A stretch of DNA of 64,000 nucleotides from a virus (Duplodnaviria; Caudoviricetes), in IMG/VR virus record IMGVR_UViG_3300046779_000589, positions 243 through 64,242 of that record, one strand, 5' to 3'. Position 1 is the stretch's first letter, and each line of letters begins with the position of its first letter. A program made the position numbers and the translations under genes. Below, piece after piece: positions 7,910 to 18,003 of the stretch. Under the pieces are notes generated by a model, which was not told the origin of the DNA, searched no databases, and was given only the letters and a program-made list of their open reading frames with translations.

Positions 7910-10537
7910 TTAGCGAATCCCGTAGACTTTCACAGAGCCGCCATTGAACGACGTGGCATCCGTACTTACTGAGACCGATGTGGTCGCAGTCGAGTAGGTA
8001 GTGTTCCCGATGCGGATGCCACCACTGCCCCCATCCACAGCAACAAGACCCCAGACCCGGCCAGTGGTGAGCGACACGTAGGCCAGACCGTAGTGTGCGC
8101 CACCGTCGTTTGTAGCCGTGATGTTGATGCCGCCAACCTTGCGGTTAGCCGAAGGACCAGAGACCGTTACACCGTTGAAGTCGAACATGATCTGGGTGTA
8201 GCCAGTCAGGTCAAGGTCTTCGAGATAGCGGGCATTCTGCGTGTTGGGAGATACCGGGCTGGCCACCGTAGCCGTAGAGATTGTCCCCAACAGCTTCATG
8301 TTTGCTTGCGCGTCGATGGCCTGCGCCGTCCGCAAAGGGGTCATCAACGTGGTATTGTCGGTACCCGCCTCGGCCTGCGCCTGAGACGCGATAGCCACCG
8401 TGACGCCATTGACAGTGCCTGCAACAGTGAGGTTGCCCGACCCGTCGATACGCATCTGCTCCACAGCACCGACGGTGCCCGAAGTGTTAGAGCGCGTACC
8501 GAAGACGAGTGATACCTTGGCGTCGTCCGTGGACGAAGATGCGAAGATAGTGATCGGGGAAGCCGACGAACCGGATTCCTGCGAGGTAGCGACCGTGTAG
8601 GTGCCGACGCCGCCAGTGCCCGTGCCGAGCGCCGTGATCGTGGTCGTGGTGACACCCGACCCATACAGGGTCTGTCCTACAGCCAGTCGGCCAGAAGTCA
8701 CAGCCGTGACGGTCAGAACCGTGCCCGCATTGCCCGTAGACGCCCCATCGTCGATGTAGCCCGTAACTTGCGCCCGGCTGGTTGTACCAGAGATTGCGGA
8801 TACATAGGCACCAACACCCGCACCGGGGGTAGCAGCGTCGTTGCTGTAGAACTCCAGCGTACCAACAGGTTGGCCTGCGTCCACCGTGGTGTCAGTGTCC
8901 GTAATCCGCACGCGGTTGGTGCCGGGCGCGATGGCGTACACCGCCCCAGAACGGGTCGATTGCGGAACGCTCACACGGTACGTAGTGCTGGTGAGGACCG
9001 CCGTGATATAGGTGTTCGGCGCAATGTCCGGGCCATAGATGTACTGCCCGGCTTCCATCGTCCCGACAGAGAGGGTCAGTTTCGTACCCGACGTACCGAC
9101 GGTGGCCGTGTCGTCAGAAATGAAGCCCGTACCAGACACGACGGGTCCCGTGTCACCCGATACTGTGATTGCACCGACAGGAGACGTGGTCCCCACACCC
9201 AGCAGGTAGTTGGTGTCAAGTTGCATGGACGTGGAGGTGAGGACCATGCGATCCCCAAGCGTGCCTGCCTTCATCGTCTGGAAGAAGATCATCCCATCCG
9301 GGCTTGCCGCCGTGGCGTCGGTGATCTGCGACCCAATCTTGGCATAGACCCGCGAGGCTGCTGCGTCATCCTTGCCTTGGAACGAAATGTTCCCCAGCAG
9401 GTCAAGCGCCGCAGGTGAGGCGCTGTTACGATAGAGCATGAGGTCAGGGGCATCAGTAGACCCTGCCTCGGCAACTTCCAAGATCACCGTCTCGGAGACA
9501 CCTGTCGATTTCACGTGAAGTGGGGCCGTGGGGGCGTTGGTACCGATGCCCACATTACCATCGCTCGTGATCCGCATGGCTTCGGCTGCGCCCGCGCTGT
9601 CGGCGCTGTCCCGTGTACCAAACACGAGCGCTGCGTCAGGCGTGGTGGATTCGGAGATGGCCGTGACATATGCGGCGACCCCAGCCGAACTGTCGGTGCC
9701 ATAGAACTCCAGCGTGCCGACAGGCTGATTCACCTCGACGGCAGTGTCCGTGTCGGTGATGCGAATGCGGTTGGTGTCCGCAGCCAAGGCCCGCGTTGCA
9801 GCAGACGCAGCGGTCTGGCTCACGCTGACGGTGTAGTCCCCGCTGCCACCCGTGGTACCGCTATCCTGCGAAAGGATGTAGGTGTTGGGGGCGACGTTGA
9901 CGCCAAATACGTACTGACCTACGGCCAGCGGGCTGGACGGGCTATCAGACACCGTCATGGTGGTGCCAGTGATGGACGCCGTGAAGGTAGACACAGGGTT
10001 GGTGGTGCCGCGCACCTCAATAGCCGTCGAAGGCGAGGCCGTGCCAACACCCAGTTTGCCCGTCAAAGACAGGCTACCCGTGACCGCGCCACCGCTGGCA
10101 GTAGACAGGTAGGGCAGGGCAGAAGTCAGGTCAAAGGCGTTTCCGGCACCATCGGTGTAGACAATGGCAGCGGTCAGAGGGAGGATCGTCGCCTTCGTGG
10201 TGCCTGCACCCTGCTGGATGTTGATGTAGGCGCTGGTCGTGTTGCGGACCATGTAGAGTTTCTGGGCATCGGTCGGCACAATGGACAGGGCAAAAGGCGT
10301 CCCAGAAGTACCCGTCGGCGTGCCGCCGAGGATGATCGTGCGATACTGACCGTCCGAAACCACACCGTCATCCGTGGTAAGGTTAGCCGAAGACCCGGTA
10401 AGCGTCAGCGTAACAACACCGTTCACCCCGATGTCGAGGATGTCCATGTTGGCGTTGACGGTGTCGCCCCAAGTACCCGACTGCTCGCCGTTGGCGGGCT
10501 TCTGGATGCCGAGGTTATTCGTGTAGGTGCTTGGCAT
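7910..10537 (-). CDS. Long tail fibre protein with internal domain repeats
   Basis: 875 aa, T/S/G-rich. N-terminus MPSTYTNNLGIQKPANGEQSGTWG; contains MRI..GNVGIGT repeats and the EAGTDNTTLMTPLRTAQAI motif. Confidence 0.85.
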   Translation of the reverse strand: MPSTYTNNLGIQKPANGEQSGTWGDTVNANMDILDIGVNGVVTLTLTGSSANLTTDDGVVSDGQYRTIILGGTPTGTSGTPFALSIVPTDAQKLYMVRNTTSAYINIQQGAGTTKATILPLTAAIVYTDGAGNAFDLTSALPYLSTASGGAVTGSLSLTGKLGVGTASPSTAIEVRGTTNPVSTFTASITGTTMTVSDSPSSPLAVGQYVFGVNVAPNTYILSQDSGTTGGSGDYTVSVSQTAASAATRALAADTNRIRITDTDTAVEVNQPVGTLEFYGTDSSAGVAAYVTAISESTTPDAALVFGTRDSADSAGAAEAMRITSDGNVGIGTNAPTAPLHVKSTGVSETVILEVAEAGSTDAPDLMLYRNSASPAALDLLGNISFQGKDDAAASRVYAKIGSQITDATAASPDGMIFFQTMKAGTLGDRMVLTSTSMQLDTNYLLGVGTTSPVGAITVSGDTGPVVSGTGFISDDTATVGTSGTKLTLSVGTMEAGQYIYGPDIAPNTYITAVLTSTTYRVSVPQSTRSGAVYAIAPGTNRVRITDTDTTVDAGQPVGTLEFYSNDAATPGAGVGAYVSAISGTTSRAQVTGYIDDGASTGNAGTVLTVTAVTSGRLAVGQTLYGSGVTTTTITALGTGTGGVGTYTVATSQESGSSASPITIFASSSTDDAKVSLVFGTRSNTSGTVGAVEQMRIDGSGNLTVAGTVNGVTVAIASQAQAEAGTDNTTLMTPLRTAQAIDAQANMKLLGTISTATVASPVSPNTQNARYLEDLDLTGYTQIMFDFNGVTVSGPSANRKVGGINITATNDGGAHYGLAYVSLTTGRVWGLVAVDGGSGGIRIGNTTYSTATTSVSVSTDATSFNGGSVKVYGIR

Positions 10538-10546
10538 GGCAGACCC

Positions 10547-11380
10547 TTATGCTGCGACGTTCGTCCAGTCAGTGGTAGTAGTTGTGATGGGAGAATACCC
10601 GGAAGCGCCATTCGGCACAACATCTGCGTAGTTCGTGCTAGTCGTGCTAATTGTGGCCCACGCAGGTTGTAGGCTGGTTGTCACGGGTTGGTAGTTCGGA
10701 TCGGTGCTGGGGATGATCGGCCCCCACACCAGAGGCTGACCAACGGCACCAGTGGCCGCGACCCCAGTAAGGAAGACCGTGATCTTCCCAGACGCAACAA
10801 CCTGCCCAACCTGCCCCGTGGCCGCGACCCCTGTGAGGAGCGCTTGCACGTTGGTGTAGGCCGTGACCGTCCCGACAGAAGCCGTGGCTTCGACCCCGGT
10901 GACGTTGACCGTCGTGATGAGTTGGACCGTGACAGACCCGACATCAGCCGTAGCCTGCACGCCCGTAACGGGGGCGTAGGCAATACTGCCCGCCAGAACC
11001 TGCCCAACATTACCCGTGGCGAACACGCCCGTGAGGTTGACGGTGGCACCAGCCGCGACAGTGGCATCGCCTACTTGCCCTGTGGCAAACACGCCCGTAA
11101 CGGGCACAGTAACGCCTGTGCCTTCGGTAACAGTGACCGAGCCTACCTGACCCGTACCAAAAACGCCCGTCAGAGAAACCTGTGCGGTGCCCGTAACTGT
11201 CAAAGTTCCGACAGCGCCTGTGGCGAATACGCCCGTGAGCGGGGCGTTGGCACTTGCAGTTACAGTGACAGACCCTACCTGCCCGGTCGCGGAGACGCCC
11301 GTGACGGACGCGGCGGCGCTAACCCCCGGAAGGGACGCAATCGGGAAGGCGGCGATGGGTGATCCTGCGATCAAAGACAC
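10547..11380 (-). CDS. Repetitive virion protein (VTGVxATGxVGxVTV repeats)
   Basis: 277 aa containing about nine imperfect ~23-aa repeats; lies in the tail gene block. Confidence 0.7.
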   Translation of the reverse strand: MSLIAGSPIAAFPIASLPGVSAAASVTGVSATGQVGSVTVTASANAPLTGVFATGAVGTLTVTGTAQVSLTGVFGTGQVGSVTVTEGTGVTVPVTGVFATGQVGDATVAAGATVNLTGVFATGNVGQVLAGSIAYAPVTGVQATADVGSVTVQLITTVNVTGVEATASVGTVTAYTNVQALLTGVAATGQVGQVVASGKITVFLTGVAATGAVGQPLVWGPIIPSTDPNYQPVTTSLQPAWATISTTSTNYADVVPNGASGYSPITTTTTDWTNVAA

Positions 11381-11434
11381 AAGTCACCCTCCTCTAGCTG
11401 GCGTGACAGTTGGATTATGCCACGACCCGACCCA

Positions 11435-11683
11435 TCAGGGATACGGAAAACGGGCTTTGATCTCGGCCACCTTGGCTTCCCATTCAGCCATCGTTGCTTC
11501 ACCGCGCTGGGCCATGAAGAAGATAGGGTCGGCTTCGACAGTATAGGCAGCGCGACGAGCGGTTTCCTGCTCCTCGCGGGAAGGCTGTTTTGCCAGAATA
11601 GCGGCGATCTCTTCTTGGGTGAATGGGCGAAGCGTAACCTCCCCCGTCTCAGCGTTCGTGATCGCTTCGGTGAACTCGCTCAT
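11435..11683 (-). CDS. Tail fibre assembly chaperone-like protein
   Basis: ATG 11683 overlaps the fibre stop codon. Ends [15 protein letters not shown], typical of fibre-associated chaperones. Confidence 0.6.
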   Translation of the reverse strand: MSEFTEAITNAETGEVTLRPFTQEEIAAILAKQPSREEQETARRAAYTVEADPIFFMAQRGEATMAEWEAKVAEIKARFPYP

Positions 11684-13008
11684 GCTTTCACCCCGTATAC
11701 TTTGATGACGCCTGCGTCGAAGTTGCCAGAGCCGTCCCATGTGAACGAAATGGACGTCGAGGCGGTGGTAACGGTAGATGTGGTGAGGTTGTTGACCCCA
11801 CCTTGGGTCGTGTTGACCAAAACTGAACCACTGTTCAGCATGACATGAAGCGTTCCAGAAAACACTGCTGTCGCACCAGAGGCGCTGGTGAAAGACTGCG
11901 TTGCAATCTGGAGGCGGCGGTTGGCCCCGGTGTTGTCGTGGGAAACGCCGTCAACCGTGATGTACAGAGACCCATAGCTGGTCAGCGTCAAGCCAGACAG
12001 GGTCTGCGTCGTGCCACTGGTCGTGGTCAGGGTGCCAAGCAGGACGACGTTCTGTGTCGTGGACGACAGCGGTGTGATGCCGTTGATGAGCGCCGTGTTG
12101 CCACCAGAAGCGTCATAGTAGTTCGCGGACCGCACGCTGCCCGCGACCAACAGATTGGTCGCGCCGGGGTCTGTGGTGTTGCCAACCGACACACCGCCGC
12201 TGGCGTGAATACGCATACGCTCCGTTACGGCCCCACCAGCCCCATTCGGGCGAGTGGTGAACCGAAGGTATCCGCTGATGTCGTTGGACCCAGTGGCAGT
12301 CTCGACGATCCCTTGAATTTGCGACAGGATGCGAAGCGCCCCGCCATCGTAAGCCGAGTAGTTTGAAGACCCGACATTGTCCCCGCTTGCAACCGTTGTG
12401 GGGGATGCGAGGGTTCCTCTGTACTTCCTGAAGTTCAGGGCGGAAGAAGAGGTATCCGTGGATGCTCTGGACAGGATGATGTTTGTCCCTGCGTCCCCAG
12501 AGACCAGAAGGGTTGATGTGGTGGAGTTATACAACTCCATCAGCGACGATGGGTTAGACGTTCCAATCCCAACATTTCCAGCGCTATCAATCCGCAGGCG
12601 CTCAGACCCGTTGGTCGAGGCCGTGATGACGTTCGCACCCGTGGCCGACAGGGCCAGCGTTCCAGCGTTCGTGACGCCCGTCAGTGTGGCGGTGGTTCCC
12701 GTCACGACGAGGCCGGAGAGGTCAGCCGCCGAAATGATTACCGACACAACCGCTGCGCCAGACAGGTTCAACAACGATCCGGTGGAGGACTGCACCAGCG
12801 TGCGCGAGAGCGTGGTGCCAGACGAGGTGTACGTCCCCGTGCCGACTTCCCATGCCGTACCATCCGTAATCAGGTAGGACACCACGTTGCCGTTGGCGAT
12901 GCCACCAGAGGCGAAACTCTGGTAGCCCGTCGTGGCAGAGCCAAGGGTGACGGTCCCCGTCCCCGTGGTCGCAGTGCTCATCTGAACGCGGTTGGCATAG
13001 ACGGGCAT
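11680..13008 (-). CDS. Second tail fibre/spike protein
   Basis: 442 aa. Begins with [19 protein letters not shown], contains [15 protein letters not shown], and ends [13 protein letters not shown]. Confidence 0.8.
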   Translation of the reverse strand: MPVYANRVQMSTATTGTGTVTLGSATTGYQSFASGGIANGNVVSYLITDGTAWEVGTGTYTSSGTTLSRTLVQSSTGSLLNLSGAAVVSVIISAADLSGLVVTGTTATLTGVTNAGTLALSATGANVITASTNGSERLRIDSAGNVGIGTSNPSSLMELYNSTTSTLLVSGDAGTNIILSRASTDTSSSALNFRKYRGTLASPTTVASGDNVGSSNYSAYDGGALRILSQIQGIVETATGSNDISGYLRFTTRPNGAGGAVTERMRIHASGGVSVGNTTDPGATNLLVAGSVRSANYYDASGGNTALINGITPLSSTTQNVVLLGTLTTTSGTTQTLSGLTLTSYGSLYITVDGVSHDNTGANRRLQIATQSFTSASGATAVFSGTLHVMLNSGSVLVNTTQGGVNNLTTSTVTTASTSISFTWDGSGNFDAGVIKVYGVKA

Positions 13009-13016
13009 GTCAGTCC

Positions 13017-13466
13017 TTACGCGATACGGATGATGGCGTTGCTTGCGTCAGCCGTCGGGAAGACGATCACGAAGTCACCAGCCGTCGAAGTCTTGTCCGC
13101 ACCGAAGTCCAGCACCGCCACGGTCGGGTTGGTGTAGGTGTGGGCCGGGGTCGTGTTGTAGATCAACGCACCGCGAGCCGTGATAGTTGCCGACGTGAAG
13201 GTCAGGTCCGCGAAATCGGTGAAGGCCGTGGTTCCCGACGTGGTTGGGCTGACGTTGGTCAGCGCACCGCCGCCAGCGGAGTACGAACCCGACGCACTGA
13301 CCTCGTTAGTCGAGGTATACGCCGTGGTCGCAGCCGTGAAGCTGGCCGAGTTGGTGTACAGCGCCAACTTGAACGTGTCGCCGCTGGGCGAAACGCGGAA
13401 GTCGTGAACACCCTCAAGGAGTTCATCCTTGAACGAGGTGCACATGTAGTTACCCGTGAATGCCAT
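13017..13466 (-). CDS. Conserved virion structural protein
   Basis: 149 aa ([17 protein letters not shown]...FKLALYT...), beta-rich, in the structural operon. Confidence 0.7.
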   Translation of the reverse strand: MAFTGNYMCTSFKDELLEGVHDFRVSPSGDTFKLALYTNSASFTAATTAYTSTNEVSASGSYSAGGGALTNVSPTTSGTTAFTDFADLTFTSATITARGALIYNTTPAHTYTNPTVAVLDFGADKTSTAGDFVIVFPTADASNAIIRIA

Positions 13467-13768
13467 CAGAGCCTCCTGATAAGTTCTGCCAGATCAGGAT
13501 GCCCTGCATCCTTCAACGCATTATACACCGTGGTACGATCCGACGCGATAGCCTCGCGCATGTAGTGTGCCACGACCTTTTCGATGTGGGCTTTGAAGGC
13601 CCGCGCTTGGTCGCGGATTTCGGCAGGGGCCGAGTCCGAGACGAAGATCAACTTGTCGGAACAGCGGGCGGCGACCTCTTCCGGGGTCGAGCCGCGCCCT
13701 GTCGTGGTGTGAACCTGCACGAGTGGGATGTCGCGGGGGAGGTCCATAGAGATTGCGGGGGTCGTCAT
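13466..13768 (-). CDS. Hypothetical protein (late operon)
   Basis: 100 aa with coupled start and stop overlaps. Confidence 0.65.
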   Translation of the reverse strand: MTTPAISMDLPRDIPLVQVHTTTGRGSTPEEVAARCSDKLIFVSDSAPAEIRDQARAFKAHIEKVVAHYMREAIASDRTTVYNALKDAGHPDLAELIRRL

Positions 13769-14415
13769 TTATCCACCCTGATTTGTCCGTCGCGGTAGTC
13801 GTCACGCTTGGAGCGCACGTCGATCATGCCGAGGTTTGCCAGCGCATCCATGTAGCGTTTCTCGTACAACGACATGAGGTCCGTGTCGCCCTTGAGGAAG
13901 GTATAGGCTTCGACAAGGCACCCGTAAAGCAGTGCCGTCTCGGCGTTCTCGCCAAGCCACGAGGTGCCCGTATCCACGATGGACGGCGGCTCGTAGAAAT
14001 AGTGCAGTTCGACCGTGTAGCTGGCGTTTGGCGTCGGGCCGAGGATGAACGTGCCGTAGGTCGAGACAGGGCCATCCCCATCAAACTGCGCGTAGTACTT
14101 CGGCACCCCGGTGCTGGACGCGTTGGGGTATGCCTCGCGCATGAAGTTCACGTCCTTGTCGATCAGGTAGAGGTAGTCCCCGTCGCCGTCTATGATGGCG
14201 ATAGAGAAGACCGACAGGAAGTCGGAGGGTCGGGCAAGGTACTTGTTGCCCGACGCCAGCGCCCCCGTGACGTTCTTGCGAAGTTCGGGGATCATCACCG
14301 AACGGTAAATACGCTCCTCAGTCTGGCGAATGAAGTTGTCGATGTTGTCCACGAGAGTGGTCTCGTAGCTTTCAACGTAGTCTTGGATCGCTTGCTTGAG
14401 TTGCGTGTAGTCCAT
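13765..14415 (-). CDS. Head-tail adaptor/tubular protein A-like
   Basis: 216 aa with GVPKYYAQF..GPTPNASYTVELHY and LLYGCLVEAY motifs. Confidence 0.7.
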   Translation of the reverse strand: MDYTQLKQAIQDYVESYETTLVDNIDNFIRQTEERIYRSVMIPELRKNVTGALASGNKYLARPSDFLSVFSIAIIDGDGDYLYLIDKDVNFMREAYPNASSTGVPKYYAQFDGDGPVSTYGTFILGPTPNASYTVELHYFYEPPSIVDTGTSWLGENAETALLYGCLVEAYTFLKGDTDLMSLYEKRYMDALANLGMIDVRSKRDDYRDGQIRVDK

Positions 14416-14427
14416 TTACCGCTCCAA

Positions 14428-14877
14428 TCAGTAGGTGCCCGAAAAGCCCTTGCCACGGATAGCAGCACCCGTACCACGAACCGAGCCGCCCTTCGCCATC
14501 TTTTTCGGCGCGTCGTGCTTCTTGTCCGCAGCGGACTTTTCCCAGTCCTTCATCGACATGCCACGCTTCTTGGCCATCGCCTTGTCTTCGCGCATGTCCT
14601 TGGCGGTGCCTTCCTTCGACTCCACCTTGCCGCCCTTCTTGTAGTAGCCGGGCTGACCGTTACCCCCGATCTTGCGAGCGTAATCCTCGCCCAGCTTACT
14701 GGCCCCTGCGGTACGCAGACCGTAGATCGCGCCTTCGCCAGCCTTCTCGGCCTTCTTCGGGTCGGCGGCAATCTTTTCCGCCGCTTTGATCTTGGCACGG
14801 CCTTCGGCACCGGGGCCAGCCCCACGGGCGTTGGCGCGGCGGTATTTCTGGGCGTCACTCATCGGCTTCTTCGCCAT
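14428..14877 (-). CDS. Small Lys-rich basic protein
   Basis: GGAG RBS before ATG 14877. C-terminus MAKGGSVRGTGAAIRGKGFSGTY. Confidence 0.7.
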   Translation of the reverse strand: MAKKPMSDAQKYRRANARGAGPGAEGRAKIKAAEKIAADPKKAEKAGEGAIYGLRTAGASKLGEDYARKIGGNGQPGYYKKGGKVESKEGTAKDMREDKAMAKKRGMSMKDWEKSAADKKHDAPKKMAKGGSVRGTGAAIRGKGFSGTY

Positions 14878-14878
14878 C

Positions 14879-15205
14879 TCAAACTCCATCAGTTGTGGTG
14901 ACAGTCACGGCCCCAACGGAGCCAGTCATGTAGATCAGCGGGTTGCCAACAGGCGACCAGCCCCACAGGGCGTTTGCCGCTGCCTCTGCCGTATCAGGGC
15001 GAGGGTCTTTCAACGACTGCGGGTCGTTAATCTTGAGCCGTCCGATGAAAAGCTGCGGCTGATCGGGGTCCACCACGTCTTTACCCACGCGGAATCCCGT
15101 GCGGCGTCCATTACGGATTTCCCAGACAAGTTCGCTCAACGGGTAGCGGAACCCGGTGAGGTCGCAGAACCCAAATGCTTTTGATCCACGGGCGTATGCG
15201 GGCAT
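14879..15205 (-). CDS. Conserved hypothetical late protein
   Basis: 108 aa (AFGFCDLTGFRYPL..DPDQPQL) in an operon context. Confidence 0.7.
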   Translation of the reverse strand: MPAYARGSKAFGFCDLTGFRYPLSELVWEIRNGRRTGFRVGKDVVDPDQPQLFIGRLKINDPQSLKDPRPDTAEAAANALWGWSPVGNPLIYMTGSVGAVTVTTTDGV

Positions 15206-15206
15206 C

Positions 15207-15890
15207 TCAGTTCCCCAGCATCATGGTATTGAACGGCGTGAACATGACAGACGAACGGTCGCGGTCTTCGCTGGCGGCAAGTTCAAACTGCGTCTCGTAC
15301 TCAGCCTTGAGCATCGGCAGCATCTGCTGGGCCTGCGGTTTCTTCATGGCGATATAGTACGCCAGACCAGCCACAAGGGCAGGCACAAAGCGCGGCGGCA
15401 CCGAGGTCATATCCGTGCCAATACCTGAAGCCAAACCGTCGATCCCTTTCAGACGGTAATACGCTACGGTGTACTGCATCGTGGTATCCGGCAGGGGCCA
15501 CAGCGTGAACTTGGTTTCGGTCGCCAGACGCTGCACAAAAATCTGCGTCGGACGGCCCGTAATCAGCTTGTTGGTCTGCTGCGAATAGGTCGAGACGCTG
15601 ATCCGCTCCAGATAGGTATCCACCTGTGCCGTACCCGATCCGGTGCGAAGCTGGTGCTCGATCAGGTCAATGGTGTTGGCAGGCAGGGTATATGTACCCT
15701 CACCGGGGGTCAGCACCTGCGTGCCCGACTCGATGGTAAAGAGGTTCAGGCCACGGTTGGCCCACTCCAACGTCATCAGGTTCAGGCTGCGGCGGGCGGT
15801 TTTCAGGTCATAACCCGAACGCATTTCGAGGCCAGCCCGTTCGTAGGCTTCCTCAAACAGTTCCGGCAGGTCAGGTACGACAACGGCCAT
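15207..15890 (-). CDS. Second head-tail connector/tubular protein A-like
   Basis: 227 aa with ARRSLNLMTLEWANRGLNL and GRPTQIF..LWPLPD motifs. Confidence 0.7.
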   Translation of the reverse strand: MAVVVPDLPELFEEAYERAGLEMRSGYDLKTARRSLNLMTLEWANRGLNLFTIESGTQVLTPGEGTYTLPANTIDLIEHQLRTGSGTAQVDTYLERISVSTYSQQTNKLITGRPTQIFVQRLATETKFTLWPLPDTTMQYTVAYYRLKGIDGLASGIGTDMTSVPPRFVPALVAGLAYYIAMKKPQAQQMLPMLKAEYETQFELAASEDRDRSSVMFTPFNTMMLGN

Positions 15891-15893
15891 GAC

Positions 15894-16280
15894 TTAGTCC
15901 CTGAATTTCGCCGTCTTTTTGGCGATGCGTTTCGGTTGCGCCACGAACTGCTTACCCTTGGCGGTGCCTTCCCGTTTGGCGCGGCTGGTGGCAGCGTACT
16001 CCGAAGCGGTCAGAGACTCACGTGCCTTTTTCGGCAGGTAGCGTTCGCCCGTCGCTTTCGGTCCGACCGTGGAGTTCTTGCCGCTCTTGGTGCCCCAGTC
16101 TTCCTTCGTCCACTTTGACATGGACTTCTGGGCCGCAGTCTTCTCTCCGGTATAGCCACCGCCTTTTTCACGGTAGATTTTCCCGGCAAGCTGCATGGCG
16201 CGGGCGGAATGCTTCCCACCCATCTTAGCCTTGGCTTGCGCCTTAGACTGTTCCCACAGCTTTCCGTTCGTGCGGCCCAT
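15894..16280 (-). CDS. Basic Lys-rich protein (DUF5872-like)
   Basis: Motifs KHSARAMQLAGKIY..GGGY, WTKEDW and RYLPKKA, recognised from recall. Confidence 0.65.
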   Translation of the reverse strand: MGRTNGKLWEQSKAQAKAKMGGKHSARAMQLAGKIYREKGGGYTGEKTAAQKSMSKWTKEDWGTKSGKNSTVGPKATGERYLPKKARESLTASEYAATSRAKREGTAKGKQFVAQPKRIAKKTAKFRD

Positions 16281-16283
16281 AGG

Positions 16284-16457
16284 TCACTTCATCTTCTTGA
16301 GCGTCTGGGCAAGGCGGGCACGCTGGCCCATCTTTCCCGGTTTCTTGGCAGCAGCAGCCAGCTTCCCGGCGGGGATCGGCTCGCCTTTCTTGGCACCCAG
16401 CGCCTTACGCAAGGCACCGGGCTTCTTGATCGCGCCTTTGATCCAGTTCTCGGCCAT
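16284..16457 (-). CDS. Small basic protein
   Basis: MAENWIKGAIKKPGALRKALG...RARLAQTLKKMK; ATG overlaps the upstream stop. Confidence 0.75.
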   Translation of the reverse strand: MAENWIKGAIKKPGALRKALGAKKGEPIPAGKLAAAAKKPGKMGQRARLAQTLKKMK

Positions 16458-16732
16458 CAGACCATCTTCCCACCTTTGGTCCCGCGAATGGCGCAGCCGC
16501 AACCGCGCATAGACGAGACTTTGCCGCCCTTCTTCATGCCCGTTGCGGGCGTGCCAGCGGCACGGCGCTTGCGCTTTTCTTCTTCCTCGTCCTCGTAGCC
16601 CATGGCCATGCCAAGCGGAGTGTAGCGCATCAGACCTTCGGGCTGGCCCTTTTGGAGCGACTGCACGAGTGCCGCAGCGGGGCTAATCATCGCCAGCCCG
16701 CCGCTGCCCATTTTCTTCACGGGCTTTTTCAT
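16457..16732 (-). CDS. Small basic Met/Gly/Lys-rich protein
   Basis: ATGA overlap; C-terminus MKKGGKVSSMRGCGCAIRGTKGGKMV. Confidence 0.7.
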   Translation of the reverse strand: MKKPVKKMGSGGLAMISPAAALVQSLQKGQPEGLMRYTPLGMAMGYEDEEEEKRKRRAAGTPATGMKKGGKVSSMRGCGCAIRGTKGGKMV

Positions 16733-16995
16733 ACCATCTTCCCCTTGGTATGGCCGCGCTTGCACATGCCGTCGCCGCGACCCTTCACAGCGCCGCCGTT
16801 CTTCATCATGCGGGGTTTGACCATTGCGGGCGTAACCGCGACCGGGCCTTTGCCCATGCCACCCATCATGCCAGCGGGTTTGCCCATGCCCATTGAGCCG
16901 CCCATGCCGCCCATACGCATTTTCTTCACGGGCTTGTCCGACTTCGTGCGGTTGCCCGTGAGTTCCTTCGTCATGCTTCCACGTCCGATAGCCAT
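16729..16995 (-). CDS. Small basic Met/Gly/Lys-rich protein
   Basis: 88 aa; C-terminus MKNGGAVKGRGDGMCKRGHTKGKMV. Confidence 0.7.
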   Translation of the reverse strand: MAIGRGSMTKELTGNRTKSDKPVKKMRMGGMGGSMGMGKPAGMMGGMGKGPVAVTPAMVKPRMMKNGGAVKGRGDGMCKRGHTKGKMV

Positions 16996-17005
16996 CTCTA
17001 TCTCC

Positions 17006-17266
17006 TCAACAGTTCCAAGCCTTAAGCGACAGCGCCTTGCGGGTCGGTCGTCCCTTCTCGTCTTTCATAGGGCCGGGCATACCACCCATCCGGGCGCAAA
17101 ACGACTTTCGGCGCTTCGCGTCTTTTTCGGTCTTCGGGTGTGGAGCCGGGGCTTTCAGGCCCGGCTTATCGGGGTTCGCCCGATTGTAGCTGGCGCGGCC
17201 TTTTGCGTTCAGGCCACCCTTCGGGTTCTTCCCCTCTTTGCGGGTCCAAGCAGGTGTCTTAGCCAT
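17006..17266 (-). CDS. Basic protein (DUF6321-like)
   Basis: KNPKGGLNAKGRASYN...RRKSFCARM...SLKAWNC. Confidence 0.7.
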   Translation of the reverse strand: MAKTPAWTRKEGKNPKGGLNAKGRASYNRANPDKPGLKAPAPHPKTEKDAKRRKSFCARMGGMPGPMKDEKGRPTRKALSLKAWNC

Positions 17267-17993
17267 TTTTGATGAGAACCCCCTCAAGCTGGATGGACCC
17301 CGGAGCGGCGTTGGATTGCATCAACTGCCACTGCACGTCGGTTTTCTCGGCATAGCCACGCGGGATAATCCGTGTGGACGAGTATGCCTGCGTGAACGGC
17401 GCAGACAGCACGATAGTCGGGGTGGAAACCCCGTCCACAAAGACCCGCGAGTAGACGCGGTAGGTGCAGAACTGCGCCCCGTTGTTCGTCGTAAACGCCT
17501 GCGACCGGATCAGGTAGAACGTATATCCAGCAGGCACCGTGTAGATGCTGGCCTGCGACCGCCCGGTGCCAGAGTTGATCTGGGCGTAGGTCGTACCGTT
17601 GTTGGTCGCCACGACAGTATCCGCAGCGGTGCCCTTGGTGATCTGCATTGCGTTGATGCGAAAGAAGTCGGCGGTACCCGAAGTAACGGTCCCCGTGGTG
17701 CCCCCAGAGAACGTGACCGTGGCCGTCTTGGCCACATAGTTCGCGTCCAACCCCTCGACCCGCATTGTCAGGGTCTCAGACAAGCTGGAGGTAAACGCCA
17801 TCGTCACGGACGTAGCGGGGTAGACGTAGTCGGTCGTGTCCGATTTTTCCCAAACAGCACGGAACGTAGTGCCGTGGGCGGCGTTGTAGCCCTGCACGTT
17901 CACAAGCGAATGGTAGCTGATCTGCCCACGGCCAACCTGCAGTTCGAAGGGTTCGTATTTACCGACCCGCGAGATTGAACTGATTTCAGCCAT
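17259..17993 (-). CDS. Virion structural protein
   Basis: 244 aa, beta-rich, in the late operon. Confidence 0.65.
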   Translation of the reverse strand: MAEISSISRVGKYEPFELQVGRGQISYHSLVNVQGYNAAHGTTFRAVWEKSDTTDYVYPATSVTMAFTSSLSETLTMRVEGLDANYVAKTATVTFSGGTTGTVTSGTADFFRINAMQITKGTAADTVVATNNGTTYAQINSGTGRSQASIYTVPAGYTFYLIRSQAFTTNNGAQFCTYRVYSRVFVDGVSTPTIVLSAPFTQAYSSTRIIPRGYAEKTDVQWQLMQSNAAPGSIQLEGVLIKNG

Positions 17994-18003
17994 GGGCCAC
18001 TCC

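Noticed and set aside
7910-13008. Diversity-generating retroelement acting on the fibre tips
   Set aside because: I saw no reverse transcriptase and no TR/VR nucleotide repeat pair; the tip similarity is only at the protein level.
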